The notes under the pieces are model-generated. The model was not told the DNA's origin. It saw nothing but the letters and a program-made list of their open reading frames with translations, and ran no database searches. A program made the translations under genes and the position numbers. From the NCBI GenBank assembly GCA_963807165.1, contig CAWDZM010000001.1:353521-417520 (forward strand): a stretch of DNA of 64,000 nt. The letters are read 5' to 3'. This document shows, in pieces, positions 18,047 through 27,439 of the stretch. Numbering within the stretch: position 1 is the stretch's first letter; each line of letters opens with the position of its first letter. This DNA comes from an uncultured bacterium. Its GTDB lineage: Bacteria; Patescibacteriota; Minisyncoccia; UBA6257; 2-01-FULL-56-20.

Positions 18047-18961
18047 TCAACGTCCGATCCCGAATATCCGCTTCGCGTTCTCCCAGATCTGCGCCTTCAT
18101 TTCGTCAGGTGTTACACCTTTCAACTCCGCGAGCTTCGCCACGGTATGCACCACATACGCCGGCTCGTTGCGCTTGCCGCGGAACGGCGCGGGCGCGACG
18201 TATGGCGCGTCGGTTTCGCTCAGAATGCGATCAATCGGGATGAGCGCGATCGCTTCGTCGTAATCACCCTGTGCCTTGCCCTTGCGCGGCGGGAACGTCA
18301 CAACACCACCGAACGTGAATGAAAATCCCAGCTCAAGCAACACGCGGGCATCGCCGGGCGTACCGGTAAAGAAATGGATGATGCCGGGCGGGAGCTCATG
18401 CGCGTGCGGGCGCAAAAACTCGATCAATTCGGGAAACGCGTCGCGGCAATGGATTATTAATGGTTTTTTAACCTCTTTTGAAAGCTCGATCTGCGCGAGC
18501 AGCGCATCTTTCTGGCGGGCGATCTGCGCCTCGCGCGGCTCGTCGTCGTTGAAATGGAAATAATCCAAACCGCACTCACCGATCGCAACCGTCGCGGGAT
18601 TCAACGCAAGCGCCCTATAATAGTCGGCGTCGAATATTTCGCCGCGCGAGGTGAATGTTTTGATCACGCCCTCCGCAGCCGCCTCCCCGCCACCGAGCTC
18701 CTGCTCGTCATGGAACGATCGGCTGGTATGAATCGGGTGGAGTCCGATCGCGGCGTACAACTCACCGGGATACTGCTCCGCAAGTAAGACCGCCGCGCGC
18801 GAGGTATCTTTTTGCGTGCCGACGTTCACCATGCGCACATCGGCGTCCTGCGCGCGGCGGATGACCGCATCGCGATCGGCATCGTAACCGGAAAACTGCG
18901 TATGGGTATGCGCATCGAGAAAGTGCGGCGATTGCGTTGATTGTTTGATTGGCTCTTGCAT
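18047..18961 (-). CDS. tatD: TatD-family metal-dependent hydrolase (DNase)
   Basis: FLDAHTHTQFS...IGECGLDYF...IIHCRDAF...SETDAPY are TatD motifs. The start is taken at MQEPIK (18961); the ORF is open to 19108. Confidence 0.8.
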   Translation of the reverse strand: MQEPIKQSTQSPHFLDAHTHTQFSGYDADRDAVIRRAQDADVRMVNVGTQKDTSRAAVLLAEQYPGELYAAIGLHPIHTSRSFHDEQELGGGEAAAEGVIKTFTSRGEIFDADYYRALALNPATVAIGECGLDYFHFNDDEPREAQIARQKDALLAQIELSKEVKKPLIIHCRDAFPELIEFLRPHAHELPPGIIHFFTGTPGDARVLLELGFSFTFGGVVTFPPRKGKAQGDYDEAIALIPIDRILSETDAPYVAPAPFRGKRNEPAYVVHTVAKLAELKGVTPDEMKAQIWENAKRIFGIGR

Positions 18962-19027
18962 GATTAGTGAAGTTATTTTATTATACGGGCAGTTACCCGC
19001 ACTCGCAACATCTATGGAGGAAGAACG

Positions 19028-19447
19028 ATGTTTCGTCTTGCAATTTTCAGTGATGACGTACTGTCCGACAACGCCGAGACCAGAAAGGCGCTCGATTTTC
19101 TCAAGCAATGCGAAGTCCTAAACGTCGCCGTGCGTACCGCGGAAATGCCGACGGAGAACACTCGCAAGCTGGGGCTCAGTGGGCTCATCAAAGGGACGTG
19201 GTTTTGCCCCAACAATGAGGGAGACACAATCCGCGACATTCTCGCCTATCACCATGTCGCCCCGCACGACGCGTTGTACGTGGGCAGCACCCCGCCAGCG
19301 ATCGGCCACGCGAATAAGACGGGAGTCGCGACGTTCTGCCTCGGAGAAAATCATGTGCCGGGATACCTCCACCAGGTCAAGCCCCGCTACAAGATCACCT
19401 CGCTGTCGGAGGTCTTCGCCGTAGTCCGCGCCCAGCTCGAGTCCTGA
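19028..19447 (+). CDS. Small HAD-superfamily-like hydrolase (degenerate)
   Basis: A strong GGAGG Shine-Dalgarno sequence at 19016-19020 lies 7 nt before the ATG. LYVGSTPPAIGHANKTGVATF resembles HAD motifs III/IV, and LAIFSDDVL resembles motif I. Confidence 0.5.
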   Translation: MFRLAIFSDDVLSDNAETRKALDFLKQCEVLNVAVRTAEMPTENTRKLGLSGLIKGTWFCPNNEGDTIRDILAYHHVAPHDALYVGSTPPAIGHANKTGVATFCLGENHVPGYLHQVKPRYKITSLSEVFAVVRAQLES

Positions 19448-19480
19448 CGCCGTTGCATCTCGGCTATCATTTGTTACCCC

Positions 19481-19516
19481 GCCGCGCTCAGAGTTTCTGA
19501 GCGCGGCATTTTTTTG
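19481..19516 (+). terminator. Rho-independent terminator
   Basis: GCCGCGCTCAGA-GTTT-CTGAGCGCGGC followed by ATTTTTTTG. Confidence 0.65.
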
Positions 19517-19529
19517 CTATAGTGTAGCT

Positions 19530-20000
19530 ATGCCGCATATCCATGAAAAAATCGACTTTGTCGCTGATGTCTATATCGTGAACAACGGCCGCGTTCTGCT
19601 CCGGAAGCACGATAAATATAAATTCTGGCTCCCCGTTGGCGGCCATATCGAATTGAATGAGGATCCGAACGAGGCTGCGGTGCGTGAAGCAAAAGAAGAA
19701 GTCGGACTGGATATCAAGCTTGTTGCAACAAGCCCAGTTCATAGTATCCAAGATTACATTGAAGATTATAAGGAGATCATCCCGCCGCGATTTTTAAATC
19801 GCCATAGGGTCAATGAACATCACGAGCATATTGCTCTGTCCTACTTCGCCACCAGCGAAAGCGATGAAATACATCAAGGGAAAACGGAGGTCAGCGACGA
19901 TATCCGTTGGCTCACAGCGCAGGAACTTGATGACCCATCGCTCGGTATAAGCGACCGGGTTAAATATTACGCGCGCGCAGCGCTTGAAACACTTTCATGA
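19530..20000 (+). CDS. NUDIX hydrolase
   Basis: Nudix box GGHIELNEDPNEAAVREAKEEVGL. Confidence 0.85.
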   Translation: MPHIHEKIDFVADVYIVNNGRVLLRKHDKYKFWLPVGGHIELNEDPNEAAVREAKEEVGLDIKLVATSPVHSIQDYIEDYKEIIPPRFLNRHRVNEHHEHIALSYFATSESDEIHQGKTEVSDDIRWLTAQELDDPSLGISDRVKYYARAALETLS

Positions 20001-20593
20001 AACTCATCATCGGCATCATCGGCGCCCCGCTCGCCGGAAAGGAAACGTGCGCGAACCTGCTTGAAAAACTGCTCGTGGAGGACGGCTATTCGGTGAGCCG
20101 CCATACGTTCTCAGAGATCCTCAAAGCGACGCTCGACCTGTGGGACATCCCGCACGGGCGCGACAACGAACAGAAGATGGCGATCATCATGAACGCAGAG
20201 ACGGGCTTTGGCGACGGTGCGCTATCGCGGGCGATGCGGCGGCAGTTGATGGAAGACACGGCCGATGTGACGATCCTGGATGGCGTTCGCTGGCTCGGCG
20301 ACGAGCGCATGATCCGCAGCTTGAACGATGACGGAATAAAAACCGTGATGGTTTATATTTTCGCCGATCCGAAGATACGCTACGCCCGCTTACTCGCGCG
20401 CAACCGCGCGGGCGAAGCCGCGACTACGTGGGAAGATTTCTCGCGACAGGAAAAAGTACGCACCGAAATAGACATCCCCGATATCGGTTCACGCGCAGAG
20501 ATCACGCTCGAGAACAACTACGACAACGTGGAGCATTTCAAGCGAGACATCAATCGCGTGTACGAGAGTTTATTCGACGAGAAAGGGCGATAG
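19997..20593 (+). CDS. P-loop NMP/dephospho-CoA-kinase-like kinase
   Basis: Walker A IIGIIGAPLAGKET. The start overlaps the NUDIX stop in an ATGA coupling. The C-terminus resembles the CoaE lid region (ARLLARNRAGE). Confidence 0.6.
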   Translation: MKLIIGIIGAPLAGKETCANLLEKLLVEDGYSVSRHTFSEILKATLDLWDIPHGRDNEQKMAIIMNAETGFGDGALSRAMRRQLMEDTADVTILDGVRWLGDERMIRSLNDDGIKTVMVYIFADPKIRYARLLARNRAGEAATTWEDFSRQEKVRTEIDIPDIGSRAEITLENNYDNVEHFKRDINRVYESLFDEKGR

Positions 20594-22045
20594 CACAGAA
20601 TATTTTATCCTCGGAAAAAGAATATCCGGCTTCTTGGTCTTCAACACGCCATCTTCGTGCACGATCGCCGCGCGAATTTTGCGGGAGGTCTCTGGTAAAA
20701 ATGGCACGAGTTCGGTCGCGACAGCATCAAGCAATGATACGAGATTAAACAACGCCGCCGCGCGCTGCGCGTCATCTTTTATCTCCCACACTTTCCGTTC
20801 GTTCACATAACGGTCGCCGAATGAAAGTGCAGCCCAGATCGCGGCGAGCGCATCGGAGAATTTATACTCCTTTAGCTTTGCGTACACCACGCGTTTCATC
20901 GTCTCGATCGTAATATCAAAATCGCCGTCGAGGATAGCGTCGGATGTAGACAGTGTCTCCTTTTCCGCAAGCGTCAGCACCCGCGCGGCAAAATTGCCAA
21001 GCCCATTCGCCAGATCGGCATTGTATCGCTCCTTCATCTTCTCTTCGGAAAAATCGCCGTCATCGCCGAAGGAAATTTCGCGGAGCAGGAAGTAGCGCAC
21101 TGCATCCACGCCATAGCGGGCGGCGAGATCGAGCGGATCCACGCCATTGCCAAGAGACTTGGACATCTTCGTGCCGTTGACGGTAAGGAAACCAGTCGAG
21201 ATAATCTGCCATGGCAGGGGCAACCCAGCGGACATGAGCATCGCCGGCCAGATCACCGCATGAAACCGCACGATATCCTTCGCCATCACATGCACATCCG
21301 CCGGATGCTCTTCCCATCCCTCAACCCCAACGAGAGAAATATAATTGACGAGCGCGTCGGCCCACACATAGATGACCTGATTCGGATCGTTCGGCACCGG
21401 AATCCCCCACTCCTTTTTTTCTCGCGAGAAACTGATGTCTTCCAGCCCGTTCTCTACGAACGCTCGCACTTCGTTGAAGCGATGCGCGGGCGCAACAAAT
21501 TCGCCGTGCGCTTCATAAAATTCCAAAAGTTTTTCCTGATAGTTTGAAAGCCGGAAGAAATAATTTTCTTCCGTGACGAGCTCCGGCGCGACTTTGTGTT
21601 CCGGGCATAGCCCGTCGGGCGTCAGCTCATCCTCCTTCATAAATGCCTCATGCCCTTTGCAATACAAACCTTGGTACTGCCCTTTATAAATATCGCCAGC
21701 GGCCTCCATGCGGCCCCAGATATCGCGCACCACCTCGATGTGCCGCTCTTCCGTCGTGCGGATAAAATCTGTGTTCGAGATGCCGAGCGTTGCCCATGTC
21801 GATTCCCATATCTCCGCAAGGCGATCAACATATTCATGAACGTCTTCCTCATTCTTTTTTGCCGCATCCACCGTTTTTTGCGAGTTCTCATCCACGCCGG
21901 TGGAGAACACCACGTGCTCACCGCGCGCCTCGCGCCACCGCGCGAGCGTGTCGGCGACGATTGTTGAATACGCGTGGCCGATGTGCGGCTTGTCGTTCAC
22001 GTAATAGATGGGGGTGGTGATAAAAAATTCGTCGCGGGAATCCAT
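20570..22045 (-). CDS. metG: Methionyl-tRNA synthetase
   Basis: FFITTPIYYVNDKPHIGHAYSTIVAD (HIGH) and KMSKSLGN (KMSKS). The start is taken at MDSRDEFF; the ORF is open to 22111. Confidence 0.9.
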   Translation of the reverse strand: MDSRDEFFITTPIYYVNDKPHIGHAYSTIVADTLARWREARGEHVVFSTGVDENSQKTVDAAKKNEEDVHEYVDRLAEIWESTWATLGISNTDFIRTTEERHIEVVRDIWGRMEAAGDIYKGQYQGLYCKGHEAFMKEDELTPDGLCPEHKVAPELVTEENYFFRLSNYQEKLLEFYEAHGEFVAPAHRFNEVRAFVENGLEDISFSREKKEWGIPVPNDPNQVIYVWADALVNYISLVGVEGWEEHPADVHVMAKDIVRFHAVIWPAMLMSAGLPLPWQIISTGFLTVNGTKMSKSLGNGVDPLDLAARYGVDAVRYFLLREISFGDDGDFSEEKMKERYNADLANGLGNFAARVLTLAEKETLSTSDAILDGDFDITIETMKRVVYAKLKEYKFSDALAAIWAALSFGDRYVNERKVWEIKDDAQRAAALFNLVSLLDAVATELVPFLPETSRKIRAAIVHEDGVLKTKKPDILFPRIKYSVLSPFLVE

Positions 22046-22058
22046 AAAAGTAAGCCTA

Positions 22059-23369
22059 CTATTTTTTAGCGCCTTTACGCAACCGCGCAGTAGCCTTCGC
22101 CGCGCGATCAATCGTTAAAATTTTCTTAAACGCCGGCGGCTTTTTATACGGACCAACGATGGCAAGGTTCAGTCTTTTATCATTGAATATCGCCTTCGCC
22201 ACGCGCTGAACATCTTGCGCGGTCACTTTTTTGATCCGCGCGGCGAGTACCGCCGGCGGCGTCATCGCGCCGGTTAGAATTTCCTGACTGCCGTGAAAAC
22301 TGGCAAGATCATCGGATGTCTCAAGCCCAAGCACCAAGCCGCCGATCATATGATCCTTCGTTTTTTGCAATTCTTTTTCCGAAACCAATTCATCCCGGAG
22401 CATCGCGCACTCTTCGATGATCGCGCGGATGACCTCCTCGCTCTTCGAGCGATCAACGCCAGCGGAAATAGCGAGTAGGCCGTGATCGAGCGACAGGTCC
22501 GTGCCGGCGCCGATATAATATGCCGCGCCCATCTTCTCGCGGATGCGCGTAAAGAGGCGCGAGCTCATTCCCCCGCCAAGCAGGTCGGCCAACACACGCA
22601 ACGCGTAGCGCCGCTCATCGAACATGTCGAACGCGCGGAAGCCAAGCACCAAATGCGCCTGATCCGATTCCTTAAAGTGCAGGGCAACCTTCGGCGACGA
22701 TTGCTTCTCTATCGTCTTGATCTTTGTAGGCGCCTTACGTCGCGGCAGAGCGCTAAAATCTTTTTTGATCTGCGCGATCACCATCTTCTCGTTAAACTTT
22801 CCCGCAACGACGACGACCGTTCCTGGCATCACATATCGACGCGCGCGGTATTCCACGAAGTCGGCGCGCGCAAGCGCGTTGATGATCGGTTTCTCACCGC
22901 CGACGTCCCAGCCCGCAGGCTGATCACCATACACCAGCCGCGCAAAGTCGCGCTGGGCGCGCGCCGGAAGATCATCCTCGTACATATTAAGTTCCTGAAT
23001 AATCACGCCACGTTCTTTCTGAATCTCCGCATCATCAAAGAGCGGGTTGCGATAGAGATCGGAAACAATATCCAAAATCTTCGGCAATTTTTCTGCTTGC
23101 GCCTTTGCGTAATAGCCGGTGTATTCCCCGCCGGTGAACGCATTGAACTGCGCGCCAAGCGCGGTCAGCTCATGCGCGATCATTCCCGGCTCAGGACGAT
23201 CGGTCGTCCCCTTAAACATCATGTGCTCCAAAAAATGGGAGACGCCGTTCTGACGCTTCGTCTCATACTCTGATCCCGCCTGCACCAAAATAAGCACTGT
23301 CGCGGCAAGATTGGTGGGTTGAGGCACCAACACGATGCGCAATCCATTTTTTAACGTAATTTTTTTCAT
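22059..23369 (-). CDS. M16-family (pitrilysin/insulinase-like) zinc peptidase
   Basis: HFLEHMMFKGT carries the inverted HxxEH zinc motif. The start is taken at MKKITLKNG; the ORF is open to 23501. Confidence 0.85.
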   Translation of the reverse strand: MKKITLKNGLRIVLVPQPTNLAATVLILVQAGSEYETKRQNGVSHFLEHMMFKGTTDRPEPGMIAHELTALGAQFNAFTGGEYTGYYAKAQAEKLPKILDIVSDLYRNPLFDDAEIQKERGVIIQELNMYEDDLPARAQRDFARLVYGDQPAGWDVGGEKPIINALARADFVEYRARRYVMPGTVVVVAGKFNEKMVIAQIKKDFSALPRRKAPTKIKTIEKQSSPKVALHFKESDQAHLVLGFRAFDMFDERRYALRVLADLLGGGMSSRLFTRIREKMGAAYYIGAGTDLSLDHGLLAISAGVDRSKSEEVIRAIIEECAMLRDELVSEKELQKTKDHMIGGLVLGLETSDDLASFHGSQEILTGAMTPPAVLAARIKKVTAQDVQRVAKAIFNDKRLNLAIVGPYKKPPAFKKILTIDRAAKATARLRKGAKK

Positions 23370-23388
23370 AAAATGATTAGTGAAATTA

Positions 23389-24900
23389 TTAACTGCTCGT
23401 TCCGTTGGTGATCGTCGAAATGTCCGCCGCAAAGCTCTGTGCCCGTTCCACCACCGCTTCGCCATACGTCCATAGATAATTCTGCCACCGGCTGCCCGCA
23501 TAATATTTCGCCGCGGTGCAGCGCTCTTGACTCAGCACCGCGCTATACACCGCCTGACATCCCACCATACCATCCTTCAAGTACAATGCCGTCGCCATGA
23601 ACGCATCAGCGTCGCTCCACGGCGACGGCGGATTATCACCCGTCGCCTTCGCAACCGCAGAGGAATATAAATCCCATGTTGATGGCTCGAACTGCGCCGG
23701 CCCCATCGCGCCGCCGTACACGCCATCCGCGTTTGGACAGGACACCATCATCTCGTTCGGATCTAAGTTGAGCGATGTCGTGATCGCAAGGAAGAGCGGC
23801 TGGTTCGCCGGACTCATCGCCGTTTTGTAATTGCACTGACCAACATTCTGACCGAGCGCAGATTCGCGATCGAGGATCGCAAGGATGAATGACGGATCGA
23901 TGCCGGTTGCGTTCGACGCCACTTGCGCGAATTGATACGCATCCTCGAATGAGAGCTGGCCGCCGCCAAGCAATTGGAAGATGCGATTACGGATCTGCGC
24001 CGCCGACGCCTGGGTCTGCACGAGCAACGTCTGATACTTTGATTCTTGCCCCTGCGTTTCCACAAGCAGCTGAGTCTTCGAACTCTTCGTACTCGCCACC
24101 GCCTGCGCCTGCGCCGCCTGATATGCCGCCGCGCTCGCTGCATCGGACTCAGACGCCTGGAACTCAGCCTCTTGGTTTTGTAACTGAGACTGAAGCGTGG
24201 TGATCTGCTGAACCGTCAATCGCAAATTATCTTGCAAGAGCGAGATCGCCTGCGTCTCATCCCAAAAATCCGAAAGGCGCGGATTCTGGAGGAATGTTTG
24301 TATCAGACTGATCTGATCATCCTGATAGAGATTTTCCATCAGCGCACCCATCGCCGTTTTTTTATTGACGATGTCCGCCTGGGTCGCCGTGATCTGCGAT
24401 TGTGTCTGGCCGATCTCGGTGTTCAATTGTTGAATGGTGAGGTTTGTCGCCCGGATCTGGAGATTGAGCGACGCGATCTTGTCGTTCAAAATACCAATCT
24501 GCCCGTTCAACGTCTTGCCCTGTGTCTCATAGCTGGAGATCTGACCCTGGTATTGATTGATCTGTGTTTCCAGTTGCGCGAGCTGGGATTCGAGCTGGGT
24601 GCGCTCGGTGGAGGGGTCGGTGCTCGTGGCCGTCACACTCGTTGAATCGCCGGAAGCTTTTGTCAAAAATGTCGGCGCGACGGCCGATCCAAACACCAAA
24701 AAAATCGCCGCGCTGGCGATGATGCCAATACGCAAGGACTTCGTGAGTGGAATGCGAATGATCCGCTCCTCCACTAAATTAACACGCGCGGCCAGCGGAC
24801 CGAACGAGCTCCAATTCTGATTATTCGATTTTTTAACAGAAACATCACCGAGTACCCTCGGTTTCAAAGGTCGTTTCATTGCTCTTCTATTATAACGCAA
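23389..24900 (-). CDS. PcsB-like membrane-anchored coiled-coil protein with a C-terminal lytic-transglycosylase/lysozyme-like domain
   Basis: TM IGIIASAAIFLVFGSAVA. A long Q/T/L-rich coiled coil runs LESQLAQLETQINQYQGQ.... The C-terminus ILDRESALGQ...GAMGPAQFEPSTW is an SLT-type motif. Confidence 0.7.
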   Translation of the reverse strand: MRYNRRAMKRPLKPRVLGDVSVKKSNNQNWSSFGPLAARVNLVEERIIRIPLTKSLRIGIIASAAIFLVFGSAVAPTFLTKASGDSTSVTATSTDPSTERTQLESQLAQLETQINQYQGQISSYETQGKTLNGQIGILNDKIASLNLQIRATNLTIQQLNTEIGQTQSQITATQADIVNKKTAMGALMENLYQDDQISLIQTFLQNPRLSDFWDETQAISLLQDNLRLTVQQITTLQSQLQNQEAEFQASESDAASAAAYQAAQAQAVASTKSSKTQLLVETQGQESKYQTLLVQTQASAAQIRNRIFQLLGGGQLSFEDAYQFAQVASNATGIDPSFILAILDRESALGQNVGQCNYKTAMSPANQPLFLAITTSLNLDPNEMMVSCPNADGVYGGAMGPAQFEPSTWDLYSSAVAKATGDNPPSPWSDADAFMATALYLKDGMVGCQAVYSAVLSQERCTAAKYYAGSRWQNYLWTYGEAVVERAQSFAADISTITNGTSS

Positions 24901-24926
24901 AAAGAAAAGCGGAGTTACCCCTCGTT

Positions 24927-25274
24927 TTATAAACTCCCTAAGTGAGTATTCTTAAAAGAATCTGGATACTTGAGTCCATAACCAAATAGTCGATCCATAC
25001 TTGAATGTCCCATTAAAATAGTACCTGCAAGCTGGGTGATGGAAGAATGCAAAAAATATCCCATGATATATATCATCACGCCAACCATTAATATATGGAT
25101 AACATTATAGCCAATAGCACCAAGGCGAGTGTTAAAAAAATATCCCACCATGCTCACATCGGGCACCAAAAGCAACACGGGATACCACCACCATGCATAC
25201 GACAACATGGAAAATAAAAATATCGAAAGAATAAAAATGGATAGGTATTCCAACCTCAAAAGCATCTTCATCAT
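24927..25274 (-). CDS. Small polytopic membrane protein (DUF4260-like)
   Basis: 115 aa with 3-4 predicted TM helices and a C-terminal FKNTHLGSL. Confidence 0.45.
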   Translation of the reverse strand: MMKMLLRLEYLSIFILSIFLFSMLSYAWWWYPVLLLVPDVSMVGYFFNTRLGAIGYNVIHILMVGVMIYIMGYFLHSSITQLAGTILMGHSSMDRLFGYGLKYPDSFKNTHLGSL

Positions 25275-25359
25275 ATAATTATATCAGACTGAATTGCGTG
25301 CACCCGACTGGACGATTTTCGAACAGAATAAAAAATATTCCGCATGCGCGGAGTATTTT

Positions 25360-26013
25360 TTATTCTTCCTTTGCGGCTTTGCTTGCGTCGCGTTCGGCTT
25401 TCTTCTCTTCGCCTTCGGTCTTGATGGCGGAGACGTCAACGGTCTCGACCGGTGCGACCACTTCTTCCGGAGCGGGCGGGGTCGCGGTTGCGACGGCGGT
25501 CTCGAGGTCGACGAGGAAGGTCACTCCCTTCGGACGCTTAAGATCCTTCACATAAATGGTCTTGTCTAATTCGTCGAGCACGGAAAGATCCACAACGAGG
25601 CTATGCGGAAGATCCTGCGGGAACGCCTCCACTTCAATCTCGGACATAGCGCGGTTGATGACGGCGGAAGCGGTCTTTATTGCCGGAGCCTCGCCAACGA
25701 ATTCCAACGGTACATGCGCCTTGACGAGCTCGTCCATGCGCACCTGATGCAGGTCAACGTGGATAACCTCACTCGAGACCGCATCACGCGCGACCTCGTG
25801 GATCATCGCGGACTTCTTTTCCTTGCCGATGATCAACGTGACGACGGATGTGGAGCCTGCTTCCTTCAATACCTTGCCGAATTCCTTTGCCGGCAACGCA
25901 AGGTGAATGTTTTCGAAGCCATGGCCGTAGAGCTCAGCAGGAACAAAGCCCTCCCTGCGGAGCGCCTTCACCTTTTTGCCCAATACGTCGCGTGTTTTGA
26001 CTGCTAAATCCAT
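25360..26013 (-). CDS. rplY: Ribosomal protein L25/general stress protein Ctc
   Basis: AVKTRDVLGKKVKALRREGFVPAELYG...VIHVDLHQV, with an acidic/Lys-rich C-terminal extension. Confidence 0.85.
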   Translation of the reverse strand: MDLAVKTRDVLGKKVKALRREGFVPAELYGHGFENIHLALPAKEFGKVLKEAGSTSVVTLIIGKEKKSAMIHEVARDAVSSEVIHVDLHQVRMDELVKAHVPLEFVGEAPAIKTASAVINRAMSEIEVEAFPQDLPHSLVVDLSVLDELDKTIYVKDLKRPKGVTFLVDLETAVATATPPAPEEVVAPVETVDVSAIKTEGEEKKAERDASKAAKEE

Positions 26014-26069
26014 AGGGGAAAGTATAGCAAAGATTGTAAAAAAGGCAAATAGAGGGATAGAATGGAGAT

Positions 26070-26945
26070 ATGTTTAAAAACCGTTTTGGCGAGCGAGGAG
26101 GCCCCAGCCCGGAAGACGCCGAGTTTGCCGAGCTTTTGGACCATGCATATGAAAAGGCAGAAGCATTGCTGAATATTAAGGCGGTAGACATGAACGCGTT
26201 CAAAGAAATATATGGCGAGGAGAAGATCCGGATCGACGAAGCAAAGGTTGTTGATTACGAAAAAAAGTTTGCGGCGGCGGATACGACCGAACAAAAACGG
26301 CGCGATAAAAGGCTTGCCACCGTTATGGAAGCGATGTTCTTTGATGGGGCAAGCAACTATGGCTGGCTAGGAGAAGGAGCGCAAGTATTGCCCTCAAGCA
26401 AATTCGATGACTACGTGAACGGCGCGGATTGCATCACGGAGTATAAGCGAGGAAATATGGCAGCGTATTTAGCGATGGCGATCGACGCGACATGGAGCTC
26501 AAACCCCTATAAAAAATTTGATAGGATTGGGGAGGATCTTTCGCGCGGCAAGTTGGGGAAAATAGAATATCTCGAAGTGGACGGTAAACCGCAACGCGGA
26601 AGGGAGGTTCCCCGCGTTGTTATAGGTGCTTCAGAAGGAACGCTCCGCGAGGTCATCAAGCTTTGGGTTGACGATGATGAAGAGGCTCTCAGAGACCACC
26701 CCATACAAATCCTCTTCCTCGAAGAAATCGTCAAAGAGCTTGAAGAATGCCGTACATTTTCCCAAAAAAGAAAACGAGAAAAGAATGTGGCGGTCTTCGA
26801 CGAATATCTCCCAATCCTAAAACCTATCCTGGAAGAGAAAAAACAAACGATCCACACAACGGAAACGTTCGAGAATGATACCGTGTGGAATGGGATCAAA
26901 GCGAGCCTCTTTGCATTGAATTATGAACGTCCAATGGCGGCGTAG
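26070..26945 (+). CDS. Hypothetical protein
   Basis: 291-aa ORF with no recognisable motif. It is convergent with 27011..27367. Confidence 0.45.
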   Translation: MFKNRFGERGGPSPEDAEFAELLDHAYEKAEALLNIKAVDMNAFKEIYGEEKIRIDEAKVVDYEKKFAAADTTEQKRRDKRLATVMEAMFFDGASNYGWLGEGAQVLPSSKFDDYVNGADCITEYKRGNMAAYLAMAIDATWSSNPYKKFDRIGEDLSRGKLGKIEYLEVDGKPQRGREVPRVVIGASEGTLREVIKLWVDDDEEALRDHPIQILFLEEIVKELEECRTFSQKRKREKNVAVFDEYLPILKPILEEKKQTIHTTETFENDTVWNGIKASLFALNYERPMAA

Positions 26946-27010
26946 CCAACCGACACAAAACGTAAAATAAAAAGGGCCGCCTGGATACAGCGGCCCATTC
27001 TCTCGATTTT

Positions 27011-27367
27011 TTAGTTGAACGTGATGAGTTCCCTCGTCTCTAACGCCATTTCATAAATGCGGTGAATATCGCGCCAGAAAAACTTTGCAAAAAAATCCCC
27101 TTGCTGATCTTTCGGATCAGGCCTGATCCGACCAGTGGCCGTATTCAGGATTGTCACATCGTCGAGTACGGATCGCACATCGAAATTCTTTGGAAGGAAT
27201 TTCCTCAGCTGTGGATCGGTTGTTATACGGCAGACCAATTCTTTCCAAGCTGAATGATTACTGGGAGGAAAATCCAAGACCGGATAGCATCGCTGAATAT
27301 ACTGCAACAACCCAACCAGAACCTCTCTCGGCGCAAACGTTCTCTGCTCTTCACATATCCCGATCAT
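27011..27367 (-). CDS. Hypothetical protein
   Basis: 118-aa ORF with no recognisable motif. Confidence 0.35.
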   Translation of the reverse strand: MIGICEEQRTFAPREVLVGLLQYIQRCYPVLDFPPSNHSAWKELVCRITTDPQLRKFLPKNFDVRSVLDDVTILNTATGRIRPDPKDQQGDFFAKFFWRDIHRIYEMALETRELITFN

Positions 27368-27439
27368 CGATTATTCCCCTTCCCCTGCGGTATTTTACTG
27401 CTCCGCATACTATACAATATAGAGCGTTTTTTGCAAAGC

